Shown here: in pieces, positions 38,998 to 48,822 of the stretch
Position numbering within the stretch: the stretch's first letter is position 1
Layout: every line of letters starts with the position of its first letter
Assembly: GCA_965215015.1 (NCBI GenBank)
Contig: OZ244042.1
Span: forward strand, 576,001 to 640,000
Length of the DNA stretch: 64,000 nt
Reading direction: 5' to 3'
Source of the DNA: Candidatus Poribacteria bacterium
GTDB lineage: Bacteria > Poribacteria > WGA-4E > PCPOR2b
The notes under the pieces: model-generated
Databases searched by the model: none
The model's input: the letters and a program-made list of their open reading frames with translations, nothing else
What the model was told of the DNA's origin: nothing
Made by a program: the position numbers and the translations under genes

Positions 38998-41325
38998 ATG
39001 AAAACCCATGGTTTGCTTGCAGGCGTCGTTCTCTCTGTGATGCTTCTAGGCCTCGCCCTTGCCCTTTCGGCTTTGGCTGAGGACTATTTCGATCAAATCA
39101 CGGTTTTTTCTCATGGCAGAATCACTCGCTTTGTCGAAATGCCGATAACTGTTTACATTACACCCGCGTTACAAGTGACGTACCTTCCCGCGCTACGGTA
39201 TGCGATGCGCCAGTGGGAAGCAATCTCCGATGGAAAGATTCAGTTTCAAGAGTTGCAAACGAGTAAGGATGCTGATATCCGGGTACGTTGGGGACATGGC
39301 GGCGTGGCGAATATGGATATAACTTATGGAAAAGCAGAACTCACACGCCACCACGCCGGGGATTTCTCCGTCGAAATTATTCTGTCCCTACCTGATTCGT
39401 CAGTGGCGGAAAAACTGTCGCAGGAAGAGATTCGGACGGTTTGCCTGCATGAATTTGGGCACGCCCTCGGACTGTGGGGACATAGTCCTGATCCGCTTGA
39501 TGTGAGTTTTTGGGCATCAATCGCGCAGCGTCCAACCGCTCGGGATCGGGCAACATTGTTGAAGGTCTATGCCACACCACAAGGCACCTCTCAACACAAT
39601 GTTGCCATTAACAACCTGAAAAAGCAGCTCGAAATCAACCCGAAGAACGCACGTACGCATTACCTGATGGGGACAATCTACAACGACAAGGGAAATATCG
39701 AGTCAGCGGTTACTCGCTTCAAAACCTGTCTTGAAATAGACCCAGACTTCCACCCGGCGCGGGAAACCCTCCTACAAGTGTACCAGAAAGTTGGTCTCTC
39801 CCAACCGGCTGTCGACCTGCTTGAAGAAACGCTCAAGCAACTGCCTTCGTCCAATGACTATAATACGATTGGCGTGATGTACTATCGGAACGGAGAGACC
39901 GACCAGTCCATAGCTGCTTTCCGAAAATCGCTCGAAATGAACCCCTACGATCCGATACCGCGACATAACCTTTATCAGATATTTCGAGAGCAAGGGATTA
40001 AGGCTTTGAGTGCTAAAGCGTATGAGAAAGCAGCGTTATATTTCGGCGAAGCACTTCAATTCAAACCTGATGATGCACTTTTGTACCGCCTTATGGGCGA
40101 CAGTTATGCTAGGGACGGTGATTTCAAAAACGCCATCGTGCAATACCGCCAGGCAATCGAATTCGATCCCGTCAATTTGGAAATCAAACAGAATCTTGCA
40201 GGATATTTGAGCAACTACGGTGTAGAGTTGACAGGCACCCAACGTTGGGAGGAGGCAATCGCTGCATATCAGGAAGCATTACAACTGATCCCAACGCTAA
40301 ATATCGTGCATGCGAACCTATTGGATGTTTTGTGGAAACGCGCCAACTCGCACCGCAAATCGGGTCATGTCAATAAGGCGATTGACGCCTATCTTCAACT
40401 TATTGAGGTGGATGCGAATGCCGCTGATGCACACAGTCTACTCGGCGAGCTGTATCTGAAAAAGGGGGCATATGCACAGGCGATTGGGGCATTCCAATCG
40501 GCGTTTTCCGCGAAGCCTGATGAGGGGCAATCTCGTAAAAACCTCGTTGTTGCTTACCACCATTATGCACAACACCTTGATGGTAAAGGGCAGTATGACG
40601 ACGCAATTGATCAGTTACGGCTTGCACTGGCACTGTCCCCTGAACAGGTGAACATCCGCTTGAGCCTCATCAACACTTATCAACTTGCCGGTGATTTTTC
40701 AAGTGCCGAAACAGAGTTGGAAAGGCTTTTGAAAGATGCGCCGCAGGGTTTGCAGGCAGAAAGTGTCTCAAAAAATCTGCATGTGGCCCGTGGAAATGCC
40801 CTCATGAATCAAAGAAAATATACCGCTGCATTGGCAGAGTTTGAAAAGATCGACACCGCAGCAAAAAGCACAGAGATTTATAACATAATTGGCTATCTAT
40901 ATCTAGTAAAAAAACAACCGATTTCAGCGATAGCGGCTTTTGAATCCGCATTAGCTCTGGCACCGATGAACAACGTTGCTTTCCAAAATCTGCTTTCAAT
41001 TGAATCGCAATTTGAGCGACAGTTTGTCAATAATCGGCATTCACCGCGTATTAAGAACCACCTCGCCCGGGCACGAAATAGTCTCGTCGGGTGTTATATT
41101 GGTCGTGATGAACTTCTAGACGCTGTGGAGGAATATCGGGCATCAGTAGAGGTAGCACCGGCGGCGAAGGAAGTAAGAATCGCACTGACAGATGTCGGCA
41201 GACAGCTGATATTGGCGTTACAACAAAAGAATACGCGTCAGGAGATGAGAGAGGTCATGGATTGGGTTGAGAAATTGGACGTTGCCAGTTCAAGCGTCGA
41301 ACAGCTACTTGATGGCGGCAATTAG
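38998..41325 (+). CDS. Secreted matrixin-like zinc metallopeptidase with many TPRs
   Basis: Signal peptide, ADIRVRW and HEFGHALGLWGHS motifs, then TPR repeats. Confidence 0.85.
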   Translation: MKTHGLLAGVVLSVMLLGLALALSALAEDYFDQITVFSHGRITRFVEMPITVYITPALQVTYLPALRYAMRQWEAISDGKIQFQELQTSKDADIRVRWGHGGVANMDITYGKAELTRHHAGDFSVEIILSLPDSSVAEKLSQEEIRTVCLHEFGHALGLWGHSPDPLDVSFWASIAQRPTARDRATLLKVYATPQGTSQHNVAINNLKKQLEINPKNARTHYLMGTIYNDKGNIESAVTRFKTCLEIDPDFHPARETLLQVYQKVGLSQPAVDLLEETLKQLPSSNDYNTIGVMYYRNGETDQSIAAFRKSLEMNPYDPIPRHNLYQIFREQGIKALSAKAYEKAALYFGEALQFKPDDALLYRLMGDSYARDGDFKNAIVQYRQAIEFDPVNLEIKQNLAGYLSNYGVELTGTQRWEEAIAAYQEALQLIPTLNIVHANLLDVLWKRANSHRKSGHVNKAIDAYLQLIEVDANAADAHSLLGELYLKKGAYAQAIGAFQSAFSAKPDEGQSRKNLVVAYHHYAQHLDGKGQYDDAIDQLRLALALSPEQVNIRLSLINTYQLAGDFSSAETELERLLKDAPQGLQAESVSKNLHVARGNALMNQRKYTAALAEFEKIDTAAKSTEIYNIIGYLYLVKKQPISAIAAFESALALAPMNNVAFQNLLSIESQFERQFVNNRHSPRIKNHLARARNSLVGCYIGRDELLDAVEEYRASVEVAPAAKEVRIALTDVGRQLILALQQKNTRQEMREVMDWVEKLDVASSSVEQLLDGGN

Positions 41326-41384
41326 AACGGGTGTGAACAGACACGGTTCTGTGCAACGGCATCAAATTAACCGGAGGAAGATAA

Positions 41385-42007
41385 ATGGAAGGGCTACCAA
41401 ACATCAATTCGATACTGGAGCTGTTCGTAGATGATTGGCTTATCGAGGAGATGAACGGCGTGAGCCTTCAAATGCACCGTCCCATTCCTCAAGCAGTCGT
41501 CCTTGAGTTCAATCAACCGTGGAAGGGATCGATAAGTTATGACCCGGTGGTGATGAAAGAGGGGGGCCGCTATCAACTGTGGTATCAGGGATGTAGCACT
41601 GAATACTGTTTGTCAATCTGTATCCCCACCTGAAAAGACGGGGGAGTTAGATGGAAGATTCTGATAACACCCCCTGGAATCTGTCAACACTTTTTTCGAT
41701 ATTTTCGGTGTAGTGAGCAGGTATTTCTGGCGATCTCCAACGTCCCGCCACTCGCATATCCACAACAGACGCGCCTACTGTGCCAACGAGCCCACAGATT
41801 CCACACAACGAATGCTTCAGAGATAAAGCCTTCGATACCCCCAAGAGTTGTCCGGCATTTGATTGCGTTGAGATTTTTGAGGATGAAATTGAGCGGGTTG
41901 TCAGATGGAAAAACGGCAGCGATGTCAACTTGCTGGCAGGCAAGCCGATTTATCTCCGCTTCGTTATGGCAGTAGCAGACCTGTACGCCATACAGTTTCG
42001 AGCATAG
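41385..42007 (+). pseudogene. Internally deleted beta-propeller glycosidase-like gene (N- and C-terminal fragments)
   Basis: N-terminal ELFVDDWLIE..G..L..H.P...PW.G...Y..V....G.Y.LWY and C-terminal D.IE..VRWK.GSDV..LAGKP..LRF.M..ADLYA.QF; the middle is missing. Confidence 0.65.
41690..41795 (-). pseudogene. Fragment resembling a tyrosine recombinase C-terminus
   Basis: VGASVVDMRVAGRWRSPEIPAHY resembles the Cre-like box II containing the catalytic Tyr. Confidence 0.45.
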
Positions 42008-42065
42008 TTCTACGATGTTGATAGCGGACTGGTCTGCCAAATCCAAACCGATGGATAATCGGCTA

Positions 42066-43025
42066 CTAGCCTATATTCAGGTAACGCGCTGCATCGGCTT
42101 CCTGCCATTGGAATTGTAGGTGTGTTGTTTCGTGCGGCTTGAAGGGTTTTATCACCTCGTCAACAGGTGTGCCTAACACATCAATCCGCTCAAAATCTGC
42201 GACTCCGTAACCCATCTCATTGGCGTAGTGAAATAAACCGATCTGCAAAGGTTCAAATCCCATCGCCTTCGCGGTTACAGCGTCCGCAGCAAATACATCG
42301 GCACTAGCGACAGCAATTCCGAGCGGAATTGAATCTGTGCCTCCAGGACCATTCCCCTGCAAACCAAGAGTGCCATCGATGACAGCGATATCTGGGCATA
42401 GATGTTGGGACAGGCGGATTAGGTTGATGTTCAATGTTTGCGCTTCACGCGGTAATTCCCGATTGGCATGACTATGGTAGCCGTGCATCTTGATGCGATC
42501 CGAGAGATGGAGCGTCCCCATAATCATGTTTTTGAGGGCAAGCGTCACCACATCAACATCGTGCGTTTTTGCGACCGCAACCGAAATTGTGGATGGACAA
42601 TCGAGCACAGTTTTGGGCATCCGTACGGTTACTTCGCTGCGATCGGCAAGAACGACGGGGGTCTCTTCCCAATGCTCATCTTGATGCAGGTCTACTAACC
42701 GAATCGGAATGTCATATTCGTCGAGCAAAACCCTGTAACCGAAATTATCGAAAGCCTCTCCCGAAAACGCTTGGTTGGCACCTTCTGCAATGATAATCTC
42801 TTTCGGTGGCTCTGGCACAGTTAACAAGAAATCAATCGCGCCACGGATTGCGTCAACGTGTGTCGAGGCAAGCTGATTTGTGCTGGAAAGGAAATTCGGC
42901 TTCAACATCACCTGCTCACATAATTTTGGTGTGACATCGTCGCGCACGAGTTCTAGAGCGGTGAAGATGTTTTGGCGTCGCTCGCCGGTTCGGGCGAGTC
43001 CAACTCTCGTTTGATTGGTAGCCAT
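42066..43025 (-). CDS. DUF362 domain protein
   Basis: VMLKPN, IIIAEG, KTH...VTLALKN, VIDG..G.QGNGP and D.FAAD motifs. Confidence 0.88.
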   Translation of the reverse strand: MATNQTRVGLARTGERRQNIFTALELVRDDVTPKLCEQVMLKPNFLSSTNQLASTHVDAIRGAIDFLLTVPEPPKEIIIAEGANQAFSGEAFDNFGYRVLLDEYDIPIRLVDLHQDEHWEETPVVLADRSEVTVRMPKTVLDCPSTISVAVAKTHDVDVVTLALKNMIMGTLHLSDRIKMHGYHSHANRELPREAQTLNINLIRLSQHLCPDIAVIDGTLGLQGNGPGGTDSIPLGIAVASADVFAADAVTAKAMGFEPLQIGLFHYANEMGYGVADFERIDVLGTPVDEVIKPFKPHETTHLQFQWQEADAARYLNIG

Positions 43026-43228
43026 CGGTATCCTCCTTATTTTTTAGGCTGATGTCAAAAGGAAGTGCAAAACCCTAAGAACATGAAACGTGAAAACAAA
43101 TTGGTTCATGGGTTCATTAGTGCAGTCGGGTTAGAAAACCTGACCTACGGTTTCTGTTGAACAATTTCTTAACATACGCCAATATAATATCTGAAAGACA
43201 AAGCAATTCAGGAAAAGTCGTTGAATGG

Positions 43229-43257
43229 CAGGGGGTGAGGTGGGCTCACCCCACCTG
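43229..43257. terminator. GC-rich hairpin immediately after the isomerase stop codon
   Basis: CAGGGGGTGAG...CTCACCCCACCTG; weak U-tract. Confidence 0.4.
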
Positions 43258-43258
43258 T

Positions 43259-44026
43259 CTAAACCAAAGCGTTCAAGATTTGGGCAAAGCGAGGCACGGC
43301 GGTCATTGCAGGCTCGGCGGCTTCATATTCGATTGACAGATACCCTTTGTACCCCTGTGCTTTGAGCATTCTGACGATTTCGGAAAAATCCGCTTCCTCT
43401 TTGCCCTCGTCTTCTTTTGGAATTTCTGTCTTCGCATGGGCAGTTACGGCGTAAGGTGCGACGCGTGCGAGTGAACCGTAGGGATCTTGACGGAAGTTAC
43501 CTGTATCCAAGTTCACACCGACCCACTCCGAGTTAACCGACGTAATCAGATCAATAACCTGATCCGCTGTAGAAGTTATCCCTCCGTGATTTTCCAACGC
43601 TAGCAAGACACCACGGGGCGCAGCGTATTCTGCACACTCCTTTAAGCCGTCAATTGTCCATTGACGGGCTTCTGCCTCACTATGTCCTTCCGGTGTTCCT
43701 CCAGCGAACACTCGCAGGCAGGGTGCTCCGAGTTTAACGGAGATGTCAACCCAATTTTTAACATATTTGATCTGCTCGGCGCGTTCACCGGCGTCAGGGT
43801 CTGTGAAGCGATTGCCAACAGCCGCCGCCGAAACCTGTAACCCAAGCAGATAGCATTGACGTTTCAGGGTATACAAATAATCATCGTCCGTTGACGAGAA
43901 ATAGTAAGCGGTCAACTCAACACCGTCCACGTCCATTTCGACCGCTTTTTCGAGAAAACCCTTGAGGCTCATTTCACCGCTCGTCAAATACTGGCGAAAT
44001 GAATAGGCGGCACATCCAACCTTCAT
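43259..44026 (-). CDS. Sugar phosphate isomerase/epimerase (xylose isomerase-like TIM barrel)
   Basis: LALENHGG, NLDTGNF, HAK and GYLSIEYE motifs. Confidence 0.9.
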   Translation of the reverse strand: MKVGCAAYSFRQYLTSGEMSLKGFLEKAVEMDVDGVELTAYYFSSTDDDYLYTLKRQCYLLGLQVSAAAVGNRFTDPDAGERAEQIKYVKNWVDISVKLGAPCLRVFAGGTPEGHSEAEARQWTIDGLKECAEYAAPRGVLLALENHGGITSTADQVIDLITSVNSEWVGVNLDTGNFRQDPYGSLARVAPYAVTAHAKTEIPKEDEGKEEADFSEIVRMLKAQGYKGYLSIEYEAAEPAMTAVPRFAQILNALV

Positions 44027-44033
44027 GACTCCT

Positions 44034-44423
44034 CTATGCCTCCTTACGTTCTAGCAGCTCAATTTCGTAGCCATCCGGATCATCGATGAACGCCATCTTC
44101 ATACCGCCGGACGTGAACTGCTCGCGCCAACCGTTGGGCCAAATCTCAATGCCATCTTTCTCCAACGTGTCACAGTAGGCGACAAGATCTGGCACACCGA
44201 TGGCGAAGTGCATCAAGTCTTCGGGGACATTGAGTTCATAATCGGGTGAATAGGTTAATTCGACGGAATGCAGGTTACCGGGTAATTCCAGATGAGCGAT
44301 CTGATTGCCGGCAGGCGATTTGTCGCTTCGACTTTTGACGACAAAGCCTAAATGCTCGCAATACCAATTAATTGATTTATCGAGGTCACTTACTCGAACA
44401 CGGGTGTGTAAAAAAACAGCCAT
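44034..44423 (-). CDS. VOC family protein (lactoylglutathione lyase-like)
   Basis: FLHTRVRVSDLDKSI.WY, ELTY, HFAIGV and DPDGYEIEL motifs. Confidence 0.88.
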   Translation of the reverse strand: MAVFLHTRVRVSDLDKSINWYCEHLGFVVKSRSDKSPAGNQIAHLELPGNLHSVELTYSPDYELNVPEDLMHFAIGVPDLVAYCDTLEKDGIEIWPNGWREQFTSGGMKMAFIDDPDGYEIELLERKEA

Positions 44424-44601
44424 TGGATTTCCTTTCTGTTACCGGTGCTGGATGAATTTACTGAGGCGGAGGACAATTTTAAATAATATAACACACGCTC
44501 CATGATCAAGCAAGTCCTTTTCAAGCAAATCTTTGTTGAAAAATGGCGTTGGATGTGAGATAATTAAATAGGTTCATAGGGTCATTGAACTGATAAACTC
44601 A

Positions 44602-44714
44602 TGTCTGAATCAGGATACTCAGGATTCAAGGATTTACAGGATAGAGCCTGTGAAGTCTCGTATTGTATCAATAGGTCGAAAGGAATAAACGGAATGCAGA
44701 TCTGCGTTCCCTAC
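44602..44714. repeat. 9-mer array and REP-like palindrome
   Basis: TGTCTGAATCAGGATACTCAGGATTCAAGGATTTACAGGAT (44602-44642) and GGAATGCAGATCTGCGTTCCCTAC (44691-44714). Confidence 0.65.
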
Positions 44715-44796
44715 ATAAGTTAACATCGACTAACCCCAAAAGGTGAAAAACCGGTTTCTTTAGCATAAGCAGCAACTTGGGTTATAGGGCTTTATC

Positions 44797-46041
44797 ATGA
44801 ATACGATCAAATATCTCCTCATTCTTGCGACGACAGCAGTCGCTACGATTTCAATTGGGTTGGCTCAAGAGTCAACGGAAAACCCCGAGTTGGATTCCAA
44901 ATTGTATGAACTCCACTTTCAAAAGGGCAAGGCGTACAATGGCGATGGAGACAAGGCACTTGCTCGGAAGCATTTCCTGACGACAATCTACCTTCATCCG
45001 GATCACGCTGGTGCGAACTATCAACTGGGGTTGATGGCATATAGCGACAATAATTATTCGGCTGCCATCTCTTTCTTGGAAAGAGCGAGCGTGGAAATGT
45101 CGGATAAGATTGAACTTTACTACTGGCTTGGGGGTGCATATTGGAAAAAGAGCCTAGCAGAAGGCTCGATAAGAAACTATCGAAAAGCGGTTGCACTCGA
45201 TCCGCAGCACGAGAATCCCTTTTCACTCTACGCGCTAGAGAATCTCGCCGAAGTTTATACCCGGACGGAACATCTCCAAGAGTCCATGGAGGCTTACCAG
45301 GCAGCACTGAAACGCGAAACGCGGAGGGCGTGGATTTCTAAGATTAGGGATCAGATTGCTGAGCTCCATTTGACCATGGGCACCTATCAAGACGATGGGA
45401 ATACGCGATACAATGAAAAAGGCGAAGCCATCGGCGGCATTGGTGATGGAGATATGCGTACCAATCGCTACTTTGAGATAGCCAGACACACCACTGATCC
45501 GGTCAAAGAAACAATCTATTATCAGAAATCGATCGAAGCGGATCCGGGGATGTATCAGTCGTATTTTAATTTAGGTTGGGCGTTGACTCGGCAACGGAAA
45601 TACGCTGAAGCGATCCCCGCTTTTATCCGCTCAGATGAAGTTTGGCGACAGGCCCAGAGCTGGAATCCAGAGGCGATTCCCAAAATTGACGCGCACGCAT
45701 TTTTAGCACTCTGCTATGTCGAATTAGGGGAACCTGAAAAGGCACTTGATTTTGCCGAAATCGCGCTAGACTCCGCCCCAAATTACTATTATGGTTTGTT
45801 ATATAAAGCAAGAGCGTTGACTAAACTGGGGCGTCCTCAAGGCGCAATATCTATTCTGGAGGGCTTGGTTGACGCAAATCCGGACGAAGCAGAAACATTG
45901 TATGCACTTTACGAGGGTTACCACGCAGCTTTGGAGCCGAAATTGGCACTTGCTGCGCTACACCAAGCTGTCCGCGCTCAGGTGGACAGGCAACAGAAAA
46001 CACGTTGGGAAGAAAAAATCAACGTGCTGACAGGAAAGTGA
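44797..46041 (+). CDS. Exported TPR protein
   Basis: Signal peptide and multiple TPR units. Confidence 0.85.
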   Translation: MNTIKYLLILATTAVATISIGLAQESTENPELDSKLYELHFQKGKAYNGDGDKALARKHFLTTIYLHPDHAGANYQLGLMAYSDNNYSAAISFLERASVEMSDKIELYYWLGGAYWKKSLAEGSIRNYRKAVALDPQHENPFSLYALENLAEVYTRTEHLQESMEAYQAALKRETRRAWISKIRDQIAELHLTMGTYQDDGNTRYNEKGEAIGGIGDGDMRTNRYFEIARHTTDPVKETIYYQKSIEADPGMYQSYFNLGWALTRQRKYAEAIPAFIRSDEVWRQAQSWNPEAIPKIDAHAFLALCYVELGEPEKALDFAEIALDSAPNYYYGLLYKARALTKLGRPQGAISILEGLVDANPDEAETLYALYEGYHAALEPKLALAALHQAVRAQVDRQQKTRWEEKINVLTGK

Positions 46042-46091
46042 TTATCAATATCTCTTTCGTAAATTTAACTTAAAAAATAAGGAGAAGTATA

Positions 46092-46838
46092 ATGACACGA
46101 TTTAACCGTTATGCCCTGATTGTGGGCATAATAACTTCGATGATTTTAGCAACGGGGGTTTTCGCTGCTGAGAATCCATGCAACCCGGGCGGTGGGGAGG
46201 CAACAAATCCCTGCAACCCATGTTCGGGGATGAAACACTTTGGAATCAACGATCCCGGAGGCAGAGATGTACTCACCTTCGATTCCAAGGCACCGTTGGA
46301 AAAAATCGTTGGCACAACCAACAAAATTATGGGTCACGTTCAGGTCAATCCAAAGGACATCACTAAGGGGTTGAAAGCAGCCTTTGAATTGGATCTCGCC
46401 AGCCTGAAGACAGGAATTGACAAACGTGATGAGCATATGCGGGATAACTTCTTGGAGACAGCCAAGTATCCCAAAGCGATGCTTACCATAGACAAAGTGA
46501 CCAAAGCCTCTGATAACATGCTCATGGATGGAAAGACGCTTACGGTAGACACTGAGGGCACTTTATCGCTACACGGGGTTAAGAATACCGTTCAGCTTAA
46601 AGATGTTACGGTCACCTATTTTGACGAGAGTGAAGCCACCAAGGGCAAAATGCCAGGAGATCTCCTAATAATTAACGGAGGTTTTTCACTGAATCTTCCT
46701 GATTACAATATCGAGGTGCCTCAATTCATCTTTCTCAAGTTGGCAGAGACAATAAAGGTGAGTGTGGATTTGACCGGTTCAACAGCGACAATGGGGGTTG
46801 CCAACCCTTGCAATCCGTGTAACCCCTGTGGAAAGTAG
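46092..46838 (+). CDS. Secreted YceI-family protein with N- and C-terminal Asn-Pro-Cys repeats
   Basis: LASLKTGIDKRDEHMR..FLET.KYP and GTLSLHGV (YceI); NPCNP..NPCNPC after the signal peptide and NPCNPCNPC at the C-terminus; AAGGAG RBS. Confidence 0.88.
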   Translation: MTRFNRYALIVGIITSMILATGVFAAENPCNPGGGEATNPCNPCSGMKHFGINDPGGRDVLTFDSKAPLEKIVGTTNKIMGHVQVNPKDITKGLKAAFELDLASLKTGIDKRDEHMRDNFLETAKYPKAMLTIDKVTKASDNMLMDGKTLTVDTEGTLSLHGVKNTVQLKDVTVTYFDESEATKGKMPGDLLIINGGFSLNLPDYNIEVPQFIFLKLAETIKVSVDLTGSTATMGVANPCNPCNPCGK

Positions 46839-46891
46839 GGTTAGAGAGAAGCGTATCTGTAAGGGAGGGTTTAAAACCCTCCCGATAAATC

Positions 46892-47038
46892 AAGGGTGCT
46901 CATAATTCAGCCAAGAAATTGTGCAGACATAGACATCTGTGATCTGTGAGAGCATCTCCTGATCGCAATGGTTTCCGAAAATCCGGGGGAATCGTGGCAA
47001 GGAGGCCACTCCTAAAGAAAATAGTTATAAGCACCCCT
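46892..47038. mobile_element. MITE-like element, family B
   Basis: TIRs AAGGGTGCTCATAATT / AGTTATAAGCACCCCT, flanked by near-identical direct repeats CCGATAAAT / CGGATAAAT. Confidence 0.6.
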
Positions 47039-47066
47039 CGGATAAATGGGTTTGAAAGGATCTCAA

Positions 47067-47747
47067 ATGAACGTATCCGTTATCATCCCCGCCTGCAATG
47101 AGGAGGAGTCGATTGGCAAAGTCATCGCTGACATTCCCAAGGCCTGCGTTCGAGAGATTATTGTTGTTGATAACGGTTGTCTTGACCAAACGGTTAAGGT
47201 GGCTCGCGCTGCGGGGGCACGGGTGGTACGGGAAGCGCGCAAAGGCTACGGTTCTGCGTGTCTCGCTGGTATTGCTGCGCTAAACGCACCGGAAATTGTG
47301 GTGTTCCTCGATGGAGATTATAGCGACTTTCCGTCGGAGATGCCGTTGCTCCTCCAACCGATTCTCGCTGGTGACACAGAGATGGTAATCGGTTCTCGGA
47401 TTCGTGGAGTGCGTGAGAAAGGGGCTTTGCTCCCGCAGGCTCGCTTTGGAAATGCGGTTGCCACTTTTCTGATTTGGCTGTTATTCCACGTCCATTACAC
47501 TGACTTGGGTCCCTTCCGCGCGATTCGCTATGAACGATTATTAGCGATGGATATGCAGGACAAAACCTTTGGGTGGACGGTTGAGATGCAAGTTAAAGCG
47601 GCAAAGATGGGGTTGCCTGTGTGCGAAGTGCCGGTTAGCTACCGGAAGCGGATTGGGCAATCAAAAATTACAGGGACAGTTAAAGGAACAATTTTAGCCG
47701 GATATAAGATTATCACAACAATCCTTCGTTACGGTTTAGCACCATGA
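47067..47747 (+). CDS. Glycosyltransferase family 2
   Basis: VIIPA.NEE, VVDNG, GYGSACL.G, FLDGD and TDLGPFRAI motifs. Confidence 0.9.
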   Translation: MNVSVIIPACNEEESIGKVIADIPKACVREIIVVDNGCLDQTVKVARAAGARVVREARKGYGSACLAGIAALNAPEIVVFLDGDYSDFPSEMPLLLQPILAGDTEMVIGSRIRGVREKGALLPQARFGNAVATFLIWLLFHVHYTDLGPFRAIRYERLLAMDMQDKTFGWTVEMQVKAAKMGLPVCEVPVSYRKRIGQSKITGTVKGTILAGYKIITTILRYGLAP

Positions 47748-48493
47748 AAAGACTAGAAAAAATTTGGTATCTGAAGCATTTTGATATCTTCAAGGATTTG
47801 ACTGACAGAGAAATCAATGTCATTGATCGCATCTCATACATGAAGCATTATAACCGACGTGAACGGATCTACAGTCAAGGGGATCCGGGGGATGTGGTTT
47901 ACCTACTCAAAGAGGGACGGGTCAAGATTTACAAACTTTCCCCTGATGGCAAGGAGTTGACGTTGGCAGTTCTTGAATCGGGCGAAATCTTCGGTGAGAT
48001 GGAGTTAATCAATGAGGGACCCCGTAACACAATCGCAGAGCCGCTGGAGGATTCATATATCTGTGTGATACGTCGTCGAGATTTTGAAATGCTGCTGAAG
48101 AAGAAGCCAGATTTGGCGATGCACGTCACCAAACTGATTGGGCTGCGACGGCGGGAGATTGAAAATCAGCTTGAAAACTTAGTGTTCCGAAATGCACCGT
48201 CTCGGCTTGCTATCCTGCTAATGTCCTTGGCAGAAAAGCACGGTGTGCGTGATAGTCAGGGAATTATTCTGAACGTGAAGCTTTCGCAGCAAGAACTCGC
48301 GAATTTAATCGGCACAGCACGCGAGACGACAAGTGCAATCCTCAATGAGTTCAAGCGGCGCGGTTTTATAGACATCCGCAACCGGCGAATCAAGATTCTG
48401 GAGCAGTGGCAGCTTAAAAAGCTCGCGGACGCACAGATGAAAGAGTTTCTAATCAAGGTTGACCGTGAAGAGGAAAGCGAAGCTGTTGTCTAA
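47744..48493 (+). CDS. Crp/Fnr family transcriptional regulator
   Basis: cNMP domain (GEIFGEM...PR) and HTH LSQQELANLIGTARETTS; ATGA overlap with the GT2 gene. Confidence 0.93.
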   Translation: MKRLEKIWYLKHFDIFKDLTDREINVIDRISYMKHYNRRERIYSQGDPGDVVYLLKEGRVKIYKLSPDGKELTLAVLESGEIFGEMELINEGPRNTIAEPLEDSYICVIRRRDFEMLLKKKPDLAMHVTKLIGLRRREIENQLENLVFRNAPSRLAILLMSLAEKHGVRDSQGIILNVKLSQQELANLIGTARETTSAILNEFKRRGFIDIRNRRIKILEQWQLKKLADAQMKEFLIKVDREEESEAVV

Positions 48494-48624
48494 TGCTGTA
48501 ACCCTTTGTCCCATGAACCCATTGAGTTAAGAATTCATTAATTGCACCAATGAACCAACATAGCTCCAGTGGGGCGACAGGTGCAAATGACAGCACGGCG
48601 GAGGACGCCTATTATTGCCGCGGT

Positions 48625-48822
48625 CTACGGCACGCGGAGCGTGCATACTACTGTCGAATGAACTGTAGTTGCCCGATTCATCGGGCATAGTGAGTGGTAT
48701 CGTCCGGTGATAAGGCACCGAGGGTACCAGGACTCTTGCGCTATAGTTATGGCTCAACCAATCATAAACATTGCGCGACTTTTTCTGGTGTTGGCTTTGA
48801 GCCTTCAACTGCGTAAGTCCTA
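48625..48822 (-). mobile_element. MITE-like element, family A, copy 3 (inverted; one end eroded)
   Basis: The reverse complement starts TAGGACTTACGCAGTTGAAGGCTCAAAGCCAACAC and aligns by eye with 10728 onward. Confidence 0.7.

Noticed and set aside
48527-48808. 93-aa ORF
   Set aside because: It lies within an inverted copy of MITE family A.
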